Source: Alphaproteobacteria bacterium (lineage in GTDB: Bacteria; Pseudomonadota; Alphaproteobacteria; MPNO01; UBA830). Taken from it: a stretch of 64,000 nt of DNA. Location: the NCBI GenBank assembly GCA_964291215.2, contig OZ219790.1, forward strand, positions 512,001-576,000, read 5' to 3'. The first letter of the stretch is position 1. Every line of letters begins with the position of its first letter. A model generated the notes under the pieces. It was not told where the DNA came from, searched no databases, and saw only the letters and a list, made by a program, of their open reading frames with translations. Below, in pieces: positions 1 to 11,129 of the stretch. The position numbers and the translations under genes are program-made.

Positions 1-2667
1 AAGGCGGAGTACCGGAAGATGCCGCCGGGTGAGCGCCAGGCGATGCTCGCGGCGAGGCCGGGTGACGGCGACGGGCGGCGCGCGAGGAGTTCGAAGCGAC
101 CAGGAGCGCGGCGCTGCCGGCAAGGTGGCGGAAGAGGCCGTGATCCGCGTCCTCGTCATCCTGCTCGACATCATCATCGTCGTCCTTCTGGAGAAGACCA
201 CGCACGAGCCGGAACTCCGGTCTGCCGCCGTCACAGACGGACAAGAGCGTGCCGGGAGCAACGGCCCGAAGCCGAACCGGCAGATGGGCGACAACCTGCC
301 ATCGTCGAGGAGACGGTCGCGGCCTGCGACGCCTGCGGCGCTGACATCGACTGCGTCGACCCCGTCGATCGGGAGCGCCGCACGACATCGTGTTCGAGGT
401 CGCGCCGCGCCGAGGAATGCCCGAAGTGCAAGGGCCGGTTTCCCGACAACATCCCGTGCAGTACGGCATCCAGGCCCTCGTCATCAACCTGCTGGTCGCC
501 CGGATGCTGTCCCTGCGCCGTCGTGCTCGTGCAGGCGATATCAAGCTCTCCGAGGCCTCGGCCATGCTTTCACGATGCGTCATGGGAGAAGGCCGCCGTG
601 GCGCACCTCCTGCAACGCCCGATGTCGACGATTTCGGATCAACCGCAAGTGGCTCCATGTCGTCGGGACGTGCAAGTTCCCGCACCGCAAGCAAGAGATC
701 GGCCCGTGCTGCAAGGGCGTCCTGGGCCTCGTACATGGCAGTGTAGCCACCAGCGGCAGCCACCTGCTGCGCGAACTGACCTTCGTCGTCGAGGCTACCG
801 CGCGACTGATGAAGAGCCTGCTCCCTGCCACAAGGTCAACAAGAGCGCATCCAAAACCCTGAACGAGGCCGGGCGCAAGCGCACCATCAGGGCGCCAGGA
901 AACTGCCCGACATCCCGCCGCCGAAAGGAAAACGCATCGCAAACGCGCACAACCTGCGTCTCGTGAAACACGAAAACCTGCGCTTCACAGAAGACCATCG
1001 CGGTAGGGAACCGGGTTACCCCCCGCACAGAACCGGACGTGCGCTGTTCGCTCCTCCCCTGACGACAAGGCGCTGGTTTGGCCACGGGCTCAGTGGGCAG
1101 CGGTGAGGGTGTCTGTGTCCCCGGTGAAGTCCTTTTGGGAGCGTCGCCGAAGGGCACGCAGCTGTTTGCATTGGTGTATGAACTTCTGCAGGCTGCTTCC
1201 CGGAACGGCGTAGTAGCAGCCGTTGATAACTCACCACTTGGCCGTTTCGTACCGGTTATCGTGCCACCGCTTGCGCAAGGCCTCCTTGATCCGCCGCAGG
1301 GTGCCCGTTTGCGACCGACCCTGAACCTGCCTTTCCTTGTCTGTTCGCAGAAGTGCGTCATGCCGAGGAAGTCGAACGTCTTGTCCACGCTTCCGGCGGT
1401 TCGCTCTGGCAAACCGACCGAACTCGATGATTTTCCGGGTGCAGTTCAAGTGGGCCAGTCTCTCCCCAAGGTCCCAGCGCCGCCCAGATGCTGAAAGCCG
1501 CACACGAAGTCGTCCGCATAATGATCGTGTCCCGCTTGCGCCAGTGGTTCTGGAACCAGTCGCACGTAGTGCAGGTTCGCAAGGCAGGGCGCCGCCCCTT
1601 GCGGTGTTCCCTTGCCAGTCGGTCCCTTCCATGACGCCGGCGTCACTTGATGATCAGACCCCCCGATCCGTGAGCATCGCAACCAGATGGTCGCGGTTGT
1701 CGAAGGGGCGTCAACGATCCAGTTGACCTTCCGCCGTTCCACCGTGACGGCGCATGATGCGCCCCGGCCGGAACCGAGGAACTCCGTTTCGCGGCACCAG
1801 AATCACACCGCCCGCTGAAGAATCTTGTCCGAGGCAAGTTGCCCCTCCTTGGGAATGTAGACCCTGGAGGCGCCCGCCCCTGTGCACACGGGCGTGCAAG
1901 CAGTTCCACCCCGTACGTTTGCCACACAACGCCCCGCCGCCGCATCCTTCCTCAAGGAATGGAACGCAGAACATCACGTGGTGGAGTAAAGACGCTCTTC
2001 CGGGTTCCTCTTCGCTACCTGCCGCCTGTGACCCCCGCTTCTGCGCGCGGCGCGGGCCAACCGCATTGCCCTTCCCTCCAGCAACTCCGCAGGCTCCGGA
2101 GAGCCCTTGTTCGCCGCCTTCAGCGGTACTATGGCCGAATCTGACTTCTCGTTCATCATCGGCTTACGGAATTTCCTCTGCGGCCCCTCCACGACAGAGG
2201 GGCAAGACCTCCCAGGTCCCTGCTTCGGCCATGGTTCTCGGACCCCGCGGAGCCCCCCTCACCAACGCGGCTCGTTGCCTTCAGCCACGACCTCGGCACT
2301 CCGGTTTCAAAGCATCTCGTGGCTCAATAGCCTGCCGCTCCCCAACGCTTCGCCTGGCGACGCATGGTTCACGGAGAAATTAGCCTCTCTCGGGACTTGC
2401 ACCCGGCCACATTCCACCAGTTTGCCTGGCGCACCCGATGTCAGCTTCACCAACAATGCCGGAGAACAGAAAATCAGGATGGCAAAGGTCAAGGTGTCCG
2501 GATGCTTCCGCTCCACGCAAAAGCATGGTGCCAAGCTACCTCACCTCCATGGCCGCACTCGGCTACAATCATCACGTCGCAACCCAGATCGCCCTCGACG
2601 GAAAAGCCGCAGACATCATCAACGAGCACTATGGCCAATCAGAACCCAACTAGGGGTGAGTAGATAC
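1..2667 (+). mobile_element. Degenerate IS66-family element (copy C), left end outside window, interrupted by a group II intron
   Basis: Frameshifted transposase pieces (LLEKTT, ACDACGAD, CPKC, HLLRELTF, DVSFTNNAGEQKIRMAKVKVSGCFR). Right end GGGGTGAGTAGATAC matches the end of the copy at 34328. Confidence 0.85.
997..2434 (-). mobile_element. Group II intron (decayed, class E/F-like RT), antisense in the IS66 transposase
   Basis: Minus strand starts GTGCGCCAGGCA and ends ...CACGTCCGGTTCTGTGCGGGGGG...CCCTACCGCGAT. RT motifs TPQG, YADDFVCGF and FDFLGMTH lie in broken frames. Removing it restores GACC|CCGATG, as in the uninterrupted copy near 32700. Confidence 0.92.
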
Positions 2668-3265
2668 CTTTTTTTAGCGTCTTCCTGACCGTCTCTTCCG
2701 AAATGCGCTCGACGATCTCCACCAGACGGCCAGCGAGCAGCTTCAGCGTCCACAGCCCTCGGGCGGGGATGAGCAGGGCGACCAGCTTCGCCTCCATCGC
2801 CCCCGTTTCGGCCGGCGGTTCACCTGCTCCTTGCGGCTGAGGGCGGCGTCCAGCCCCTCCAGGACGCAGCGCAAGCGCTCGACCGTCGCCGTGCCGATGC
2901 CCAGCCCTTGCGCAATGTCGGCATCGACAAGCCGAGCGCCGTCGCGCCCCTCAGCATCAGGACCTGTGCCCGGCGCCAGGCGGCCCCGGTGCCGTCGACG
3001 ATCGCCTTCAGATCCTGGCGCTCCTGCGTTGAAAGGGTCACGCGGTAGAGCTTCCTGCCCCGAGAGTTGGCCATATGCGCCGCTCCTGTCATTGCGCCGA
3101 AGACCTGCGGACATGCCCGTTGTCCGGACCTGCGCATGGGGCTGCGGCTGCCTGCCTGTTCGGCATCTGCCCGCGTGGACATCGGCACTGTCCGGATTCC
3201 AACGAACGCCGACACGGAAATACTACCCACAAAAAACCATCAATACAATGCCGGTGGACTACTAG
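2668..3265 (-). mobile_element. IS630-family 5' half (pseudogene)
   Basis: MANSRGRKLYRVTLSTQERQDL ... WTLKLLAGRLVEIVERISEETVRKTLKK in broken frames. The end CTAGTAGTCCACCGGCATTGTATTG resembles the IS630 ends at 32485 and 41995. Confidence 0.8.
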
Positions 3266-3333
3266 AACTCCCTGACAAAGGCTCGTCAAACGGACGAAAA
3301 CAACAACACCTCACCGCACGAACGAACGCTTAC
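3266..3333 (+). mobile_element. Isolated right end of the second IS66-type element
   Basis: Near-identical reverse complement of about 8416-8483, ending CGAACGAACGCTTAC. Confidence 0.85.
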
Positions 3334-3454
3334 CTGAGCCTGGCCTGACCGGCTATCTGTGTGTGGCGGCCGCGCGGCCGGCGGCGCCGCCGTTTCTCTC
3401 CCGCCCCTTCCTCATCGATCACCTGATCGGATCAAGGAGGGAGGGAGGGAGTCG

Positions 3455-3720
3455 ATGAAGAGGATCGGCATGATGAAGATCAAGGATATCCTTCGGCACC
3501 GTCACGATTTTGAGTTGCCGCGCGCGCAGATCGCGGTCGGGGTGAGCACGGAGACGGTCTCGCATATGCTTGCCCGGGCGGAGGAGGCGGGGCTTTCCTG
3601 GCCGCTGCCGTCCGGTCTCGACGATGAGGCGCTTCGGGCGCGGCTCTACCCGGCGCCGGACCAAGACAGCGACCGGACGCAGCCCGACAGGGATGCAATC
3701 GTCGAGGCGCTCACCGCGTC
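3455..3720 (+). pseudogene. IS21-family IstA N-terminal fragment
   Basis: MMKIKDILRHRH...RAQIA..VS..TVSHMLARAEEAGLSWPLP.GLDDEALRARLYP is a typical IstA N-terminal HTH. GGAGG RBS upstream. Confidence 0.75.
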
Positions 3721-3888
3721 CCACAGCGTCAGGCTGCCCGTCAGCGCCCGGTCGGCGGTCACCACGAGGCGAGTTTCATTGCCCTCGGTCACCGCCGCAG
3801 GGTCCCGCGCCAGCGTCAGCACCGGCAACAGCGTCGTGTCCATCACCGTCACCGCGCCCGAGGGTTCCGTGTCCAAAACCGCCGAGTG
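3720..3888 (-). pseudogene. Fragment of a Calx-beta/Ig-like repeat surface protein
   Basis: SAVLDTEPSGAVTV...PVLTLARDPAAVTEGNETRLVVTADRALTGSLTL resembles beta-sandwich adhesin repeats. No start or signal peptide. Confidence 0.45.
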
Positions 3889-3949
3889 ATATGCGCAACG
3901 GAGCAATCTATTGTGCAACAAAATAGGAGTTAATGGAAACGAATGCGCA

Positions 3950-3978
3950 TTGACATACAACGATATCGACTGTACACT
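3950..3978 (+). promoter_or_regulatory. Sigma70 promoter of the AAA-ATPase/S8 operon
   Basis: TTGACA-N17-TACACT, followed by a TAAGGAG RBS before ATG 4020. Confidence 0.75.
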
Positions 3979-4019
3979 GCATTCGCGGTGTGGCTCACAT
4001 GCCCTTCTAAGGAGTTAGT

Positions 4020-5237
4020 ATGGAGCACTTCTCGATAATTCAGGCCCTGTGTCGAGCAGCAATGGCGGATGCCTCCCCCGCGTTGCGGAAGCAGGTAGAG
4101 CGGCTGAAGGACGCGCTCGCCAAGAGCGGGGAGACCAAACAAGCGACGGCCCTGACCAGACTCCTCAGCGCCGCCGAGCGGACAAAGGGGATGGCACCGG
4201 GCCGGCTTGCGCGTTCGAGGGCGCAAATGCCTGGGGAAACGCTTAGTCGTAATACACCACTTCCTGTTGATCGCGAGACGTCTGCGCCGTTGGCTGAGCT
4301 CCTGTTTTCGGCGGACATTCGCGTCGACCCGCCCTTGTTCAATTCGACGATCACCGCTGCGATCGAGACAATCATCGAGGAGTGGACGAACTGTGAAGCG
4401 CTCTCCGCCATCGACCTTCAATCGCCAAAGACCTGCCTCATCTATGGTGCGCCTGGCACCGGCAAGACCCGCCTCGCCCTGTGGATCGCCTATAAGCTCA
4501 ATCTGCCAGTCGTACTGGTGAGGTTGGACGGTTTGGTATCCTCGTTTCTCGGTACGACCGCGCGCAACATCGGCAGTCTCTTTGCGTTCACGAACCGCCA
4601 TCGGTGTTTGTTGCTTCTGGACGAGTTCGACGCCATTGCGAAGCTCCGCGACGACCCGCAGGAAGTCGGTGAGATTAAGCGGGTGGTGAATGCCCTGTTG
4701 CAGAATCTGGATGCGCGTAAAGACCTCGGCTTCACCATCGGAATTACGAACCATGAGCGTTTGCTAGATCCCGCGGTCTGGCGGCGCTTCGAGGTGCAGC
4801 TTGAGACTCCGAAGCCGGACTTCCAGATGCGAATAGCGATCGCCCGGTATTTCATGCCGCCAATTGAAGCTCCCGAAAGCCATCTTCGACTGATCGCTTG
4901 GTTTACAGGGGGATGCACGGGTGCAGAAATCGAGTCCCTAGTGCGCACCTACAAGAAGGCCACCATGGTAAAGGATCATGATCGACGAAACTTATTGGAT
5001 ACGCTTCGGCAGTTCGCGACGCTCAATAGCGCACGCATCGACAGCACCCGGCGGGCGCTCCTGTTCAGCAATGCAGCGAACCTGTTTCGCGCCATGAAAG
5101 ATGATCCCGAACTCGGCTTTTCACTTACCGACATCGGCGAAGTCGCCGGCCGGGATAAATCCACAGTAAGCCGCCAACTCGGGAAGCTTGGAGATCACTA
5201 TCCTGAAACCGGCGGCGAGGTGAACACCGATGGCTAG
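4020..5237 (+). CDS. ietA: AAA+ ATPase, IetA-like, with C-terminal HTH
   Basis: Walker A GAPGTGKT, Walker B LLLDEFD, SRH LDPAVWRRF. Overlaps the S8 gene. C-terminal FSLTDIGEVAGRDKSTVSRQL looks like an HTH. Confidence 0.85.
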   Translation: MEHFSIIQALCRAAMADASPALRKQVERLKDALAKSGETKQATALTRLLSAAERTKGMAPGRLARSRAQMPGETLSRNTPLPVDRETSAPLAELLFSADIRVDPPLFNSTITAAIETIIEEWTNCEALSAIDLQSPKTCLIYGAPGTGKTRLALWIAYKLNLPVVLVRLDGLVSSFLGTTARNIGSLFAFTNRHRCLLLLDEFDAIAKLRDDPQEVGEIKRVVNALLQNLDARKDLGFTIGITNHERLLDPAVWRRFEVQLETPKPDFQMRIAIARYFMPPIEAPESHLRLIAWFTGGCTGAEIESLVRTYKKATMVKDHDRRNLLDTLRQFATLNSARIDSTRRALLFSNAANLFRAMKDDPELGFSLTDIGEVAGRDKSTVSRQLGKLGDHYPETGGEVNTDG

Positions 5238-7724
5238 TCCAATCCAGATCATCCTGAATCCCGAGAATTATGAGGAAGCTCGGGAGACCTCCGGCGGCGG
5301 TCCTAAGAAGGATTTCTTCGCAAACCGTGACCAGGAATTTCGACAACACAAGGCGCACCTCATCAAGCAGCTCAGAACCATTGCGGCCAGCCTACACGAA
5401 AATCCACAAACTGATCTCGGCTATGTCAAGGTGATCCTGCGTCGCTCGGCATGGGCCAAGAGCCACCGGCCACTGAAGGCGCTCTTCAAGCCGGATCGTA
5501 CTCCGATCATAGGCGGAGCGGATCTCGGCGTAATGCTCGTTGAAGCACGGCCTCCGGCCTTGTTGAAGGTCGCCGACGACATCGCCAACGCCGAGGATCG
5601 CACCAAATTTCGTTTTGTCGAGGCCCAAGGAAAGGAAATCCCGTACCCCTCAGCACGCCGCAGTGAAACCGGCGCCATCGAGCGAATTGAAATTTATGGA
5701 GAGAGCGACCACGAGATTTTTCGCTCGAAGAGGCCTTGGAATGGTTATCAAGCCCGATCACTGGCGGCAGCTACCAGATCGAGCTCTTCGATGTACCTCC
5801 CCCGCGGGGCGATTGGGACGCGCTCGACGACAGCCATCGCCGCCTGTTCCAGTCCTTTGTTGCTGGCCTTACGGCGCTCGGCGAGGGACTGATGGTTCAG
5901 CGGCTTTCCACTCGCGTCCGTGCCCAACCACTCCTGTCAGTCCGAGTGACTCGCTCCGTCGCCGCCCCAACACTGCGTCTGGGTCCATCCCCTCAGGCGA
6001 AACGCCGCCGTGCAGTCGCACCTTTCGATCCGTCTCAAGAGCGGCACAGGCACGTCTTGGCCTTCTTGGACAAACACCCCCTTGTGCGCAAGGTATCGCT
6101 TCCCGGCGTTGTCGTGCGAACAACTACCAATCAAGGCCGTGTACGCCCCAACGAAGCGTTGGTGCCGGTCCGAGATACGGCTAGAACCCATCCGAAAATC
6201 GGCATCATAGATGGCGGACTGGGTGCGGCGTTATCGGATTGGATAATTGACCGATGGGACATTCTTGCCGACGAACACAAGGATCTCGCGCATAGGCCTT
6301 TCATTGGCGGTCTTGCCGTCTTGGGTGGGGCATTCAATGGCACCCAATGCTGTCCAGAGGCCGATGGCGCTGAAATTGTCGATCTTGCGGTTTTTCCGAG
6401 CGAAAACAGCGGCACCATCGCGTCGTACTATCCCGAGGGCCTGCCCCAGTTTTTCGATGAGGTTGAAACCGCTGTAGGCGACGTACGATCACGACACGGC
6501 GTACGCGTCTTCAACATGAGCCTAAACGTACTGCAGCCAGCGACCCTTGATCGATACAGTCCTCATGCATCCCGTCTCGACCACATCGCCGAAGACAACG
6601 ATGCAATTGTTTTCGTGTCAGCAGGCAACCTCGAAACCCAAAATCTCCGCCCAGAATGGCCAAACGATGAAATACGGGCGCTCGCGACCATAGCGGCGTC
6701 GATCAACGACGGATTGCTCACGCCGGCTGAGAGCGTTCGAAATGTTGCAGTTGCCGCAGTCAACCCGCCAGGACACCCGGTTTCCGTCCCTTTCGCGCCA
6801 TGCCGCTTCAGTCGGCGGGGACCAGGCTTACGAGCTGGTGTAAAGCCAGATCTCGCTCATGTCGGTGGTTCCGGTTCTCCTCAGCCTCCTCTTGACCACG
6901 CTCTCTTCTCGGTCACACCTGATGGCGCGATCATCAGCGGATGTGGCACAAGCTATGCAACTCCGCTCGTTGCGAAGACGGCTGCTGTCCTCGACCACGC
7001 CATTGAGGGTAATGTCTCAAGAGAGACGCTCATCGGTCTCTTAGTTCATAACGCCCAAGTTCCGGAGCCGCTTCAGGCGAAGGCGTTAGCCCCGGTGGCT
7101 CGTCACCTAGTGGGTTTTGGTGTTCCATCATCGACAGAGCATATTCTGGAATCTGGCGATCACGAGATCACGTTGGTCTTCGCCTCGCGGATCAGGCGTG
7201 ATCAGCAGATGACCTTTCGGTTCTCCTGGCCTGCTTCTCTTCTAGGCCTTGGGGGGAAGTGCCGCGGCGCCGCGCGTTTGACCCTCGTGTCCTCGCCACC
7301 GCTTGATCCGCGCTATGGCTCTGAGTTCGTGCGGATCAATCTCGAAGCGGCCCTTCAGCAAGAGCAGCCTGCCGGCGGTTGGAAAGGCCGCCTGGATCCT
7401 GTCTATCTTCCGGGTCGAAGTGAGAATCCAGTTATCGAAGCCGAACTCATCGAGCACGGCCTGAAATGGAGTCCGGTCAAGGTCTTCGCCAAAACGATGC
7501 CGCGCGGGGTAGGTGCGTCATCTAACTGGCGGCTTTCCATCAACTACCTGACGCGTGCTGGTGAGAAGATGCCCGATGATGGGGTGCCCTTCACCGCAAT
7601 CTTGACGATCTCTGACCCGGAGGGAGCGCAGCCGGTTTTCAACGACCTGCGCCAAACACTCACGGCTCTCGGTGTGCAGATTGCCGACATCCGTACGGCC
7701 GCACGCATCACCTCACGCGTGTGA
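5230..7724 (+). pseudogene. ietS: S8 subtilisin-like peptidase, IetS-like, frameshifted near 5711
   Basis: Motifs IGIIDGG, VSAGN, KPDL and GTSYATP. ORFs 5230-5892 and 5736-7724 join if one base is restored (ESDRRDFSLEEALEW). Confidence 0.8.
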
Positions 7725-7906
7725 TACCGGATACCCGAACGGGCTCCCCTTGCACAGCCATGCGACCGGCGGGCGGTCACTCCCCGGCCGGTTCGACGAT
7801 CACGCGCCCACGGCCCCGGCGGACGACATAGCCGCCCCGCCGGATCGAGAGCCTGCCGTCCCGGATCAGGCTCCACAGTAAGCGATGCCGGGAAGGCACC
7901 CGGGTT

Positions 7907-8405
7907 TCAGCTTGACGCGGGCCTGAAGTTCCAGGGCATGAGCTCATCGATCCGGCTGTTTGGATGGCCGGTGGCGATGGCATCGAGTGTAGCCTTTAGC
8001 CAGGCGTAGGGTTCGATGCCGTTCAGTTTCGCCTCTCGATCAGCGATGCGTGCCCATGCGGCGGCGCCTTCATCGTGACCGGCGAAGAGTGCGTTCTTGC
8101 GGTTTAGGGCGATCGGCCGGGCGAGGTTTTCCACGGCGTTGCTATCCATCTCGATGCGGCCGTCGGTGAGGAAGAGCTGGAGGCCGTTCCAGTGGCGGGC
8201 GATATAGGCGAGTTTCTCGCCAAGACGGAACTTGGACGAGACGCGGGCGCGCTGCTGTTTCAGCCAGTCGCCGAATGCCTCGACCAAGGGCGCGCTGCGG
8301 CTTTGCCGTTCGGCGAGCCTCCGCTCCGGCGCGCTGCCGCGGATGTCGGCCTCGATGGCGTAGAGCTCAGCAATCCGGCGCAGGCCCTCGGCCGCGATCT
8401 CCGAG
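7907..8405 (-). pseudogene. Classical IS66 TnpC C-terminal fragment
   Basis: LGEKLAYIARHWNGL..F..DGRIEMDSNAVENLARPIALNRKNALFAGHDEGA...LNGIEPYAWL...IDELMPW. Confidence 0.9.
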
Positions 8406-8415
8406 CCCCCCCCCC

Positions 8416-10512
8416 GTAAGCGTTCGTTCGTGCGGTGAGGTGTTGTTGTTTTCGTCCGTTTGACGGGCTTTTGTCAGGGAGTTCCAGCGTCACCCGGAGC
8501 GGTTTCGTGCACCGGGATGCGCGGTGAGGCGCACTGGCGCCATGCCGTGTTTTCCGCATTGGTTGCGGTTTTGTCCCGGCGCTGCGGAGGAGGAGCTGAG
8601 CGCCATCCCGTGCCGGTTGCAGGGGGCTGAGGATCCGCTTCCAGTCCTTGCGGAGCGGGCCAGATGTCCTTCTTCGGCTTCTGTCATGTCGGTCGTAGCG
8701 GCCGCTGGTTGTTCCGACGCGGCCGGCAGACGCCGCGGGCCCTCGACCAAGGTCTTGCAGGGCACGGGCGCGGTGTTGCAGCGCGCGGTCCATGCGGCGG
8801 TCGAGAAGCAGCGTCTCGCCGTATGGACCACGTAGCGCATCTGCGCGCCGATCAGGCGCGTGTATCCGAGGTAGTGTCAGCGGGCGGGGCTCGTCGAGGG
8901 TCTTCGGGGCGGCGGCTCGGTGTCCGACGTGATCAGCTTCGGGGCTGGCGGCGACAGAAGGCGCGGGCGATGGAGTCCGCTCCGTGATCGTCGCAGCACT
9001 GCGCGACCATGAAGTCGCGCCCGTGGCAGCGGCACTCGACCTCGCTGCTCACGGCGGCGCTGCGAATCTCCGCCGCCTCTCCGGGCTCACGGCAACCAGG
9101 GCGACAGATCGCCGGGCCGCCGTTCTCCGCGCAAACATCAAGCCAGCGCAGAACATCGAGGCCGCTCCTCGCGACCGTGAACAGGACCGCCGACAGCCGT
9201 CCATGCTGTCGGAACCGAAGCCGAGCTTCCGCCCGTTGGCCGGGCCCCTGAGAGCCCTTTCCCCGAAATTGTTGTCCATGGTCGACGAACACGCGATGGT
9301 TGAGCGCAGCGGCCTGCCTTCCGGCGCCGCTTTCGGAAGCCTCGGCGCTTCCGCAAACAGCGACCGCAGTCTCCAGCGCCGCCTGCGCGGCCTCGAACGC
9401 CGCCGGAATCAAGACAGTCGAGCCGTGTTCAGGCGGCAGATCTCCGCGATCGATCCATTCCCACCCCTCCAGCTGCGGCCGGCGCAGTCCGGAAAGTCGC
9501 GTCGACAATGCGCCCGGCAACAGCACAGGATGATGAAGGACCACAGGCGCGCCAGCTTCTTGCAGGCGCCGTAGCGGCCGCAGACCGGATACATGGGGGC
9601 GTCCGCGAACAGCTTCGCCGCGGCCTCGGCGCTGCGCGAGGGGTGGAAGAGGGCCGCATGCACGCGCTCGTGCAGCACATGCGTCCACACCCGAATGCGG
9701 TGCCGGGAAACAGCCGCGCCGCCACCTCGCTCGGTGAACCGGGGCAGTCACAGCCCCGGCGCGGGCGGACAATCCGCCGCTTTTGATCTCGATGATCCTG
9801 GTGCGAACCGTTGGCAACGCAGCACGAGCAGGCGTCCTCCGCCACCTCCAGCCGCCGCTCCTCCACCTCCTCGAGCGCCGGCCGCGGTCAGGAGTGCCGC
9901 GCTGCTGGCCGCGCTTCGATGGCGCCCGCTGCCTCTTCTCGCTCTTGCGCCCGTACATCGACGACCTGTGAAGCTTGTCGTTCTCCACCTCGAGCGCCCC
10001 GACCCTCCAGAACCTTCATCGCGGTCTTCAGGTTGGCATTCTCCATGCGCAGCGATACCACCGTCGACCGCTTCCGCGCGCCGGCCTCGGCAAGAAGCTG
10101 GCCCGGACGCGCAACCTCCTGCTTCAGCGCAAGAGACTGCTTCGCTGTCCGCCGAACTTCCCTGATCTCCGCACGGGCAGCTGCCAGCTTCTCACGATTG
10201 CTCTCGAAAATCGCCTTCAGGGAATTCGCGCGGCTGCGCCCCTCCACCTCCTGCAAGCGCAGCTCCTCACAGCGCCCCTCCGCAGCCTCGGCTCGAATAC
10301 GCTCGCGATCGTACAGGGACTTCCAGGTGGCCGAATCACGACACGACGACTGCGGCACGTCGCCAGCGGCGTCCGCACCCGATGATGACACGAAATCCTC
10401 GATTCACATGACCATCTGATGGCACCGCCAAAAAAATTTACCAGCCCCCTTCTCCGAATTACCAAAACAAACCTCGGCGCAGATCGTCATCACCGCATGA
10501 ACGAACGCTTAC
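8416..10512 (-). mobile_element. Degenerate IS66-type element with a DUF4338 passenger remnant
   Basis: Terminal IRs GTAAGCGTTCGTTCGTGCGGTG / CACCGCATGAACGAACGCTTAC. Contains a coiled-coil N-terminus and MDNNFGERALRGPANGRKLGFGSDS. About 8600-8900 encodes MRYVVH..FSTAAW, VGTT.GRYDRH and LRKDWKRIL, as in the gene at 24704. Confidence 0.85.
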
Positions 10513-10586
10513 CTTCGGCTCAACCAGGCGGCGGGCGCGATTCCGGCATCCAGGTTCCCGCAGCCTCCTGCGTGACCGGCCGGGCG

Positions 10587-11129
10587 TTACAACCACCACT
10601 GCATGACATAGTCGTAAGGGCCTTCCCTGTTGACGAGATCGACGCGCTGGACAACGATCCTGTAGCCATCCGCGGTGTTGGCAAGATAGTGGCGGTACTT
10701 TCCGCTGAAATGCCGGACCTCGTAGCGCAGATATTCGGAGCAGGCGAAGCGTGAGCGGACGATCACGTCGCCATTCCCTTCAACGTTCTCGACGAGGACG
10801 CCCGACACAACGTGGTTGAGGCGGTTATTCGGCGCCTGGCTATGCGCACGCGGATGCTGGTTGCGCCGGATCCGGATCCGCATGAGTTCGCGGTCTTCCC
10901 AGAAGATGTTGGGCAGCCCGTCGCCGGCCGTCTGTTCCTCCTCAGCGGGCATCCAGTAGCGCCCGTCCTCGGTGAACAGCGTCAGCCACTCATCCCATCT
11001 CTTCTCGTCAAGAATCTCCGCCTGACGGTACAGGAACCGCTCCACGGCGCATTGGATCTCGGAGCCGACCCCGGCCACCGCGAATGGATCGGACTCGGCA
11101 AGTGCCCTCAGTGCTGCATCCGCGCTCAC
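10587..11129 (-). CDS. Aromatic ring-hydroxylating dioxygenase beta subunit
   Basis: FLYRQAEILDEKRWDEWL.LF..DG.YWMP motif. Directly downstream of the alpha subunit. Confidence 0.9.
   Translation of the reverse strand: MSADAALRALAESDPFAVAGVGSEIQCAVERFLYRQAEILDEKRWDEWLTLFTEDGRYWMPAEEEQTAGDGLPNIFWEDRELMRIRIRRNQHPRAHSQAPNNRLNHVVSGVLVENVEGNGDVIVRSRFACSEYLRYEVRHFSGKYRHYLANTADGYRIVVQRVDLVNREGPYDYVMQWWL

Noticed and set aside
997-2434. RT as retron, DGR or CRISPR-associated RT
   Set aside because: It has group II intron 5' and 3' ends and an exact exon junction. No TR/VR pair or cas1 was seen, and the array is 60 kb away.
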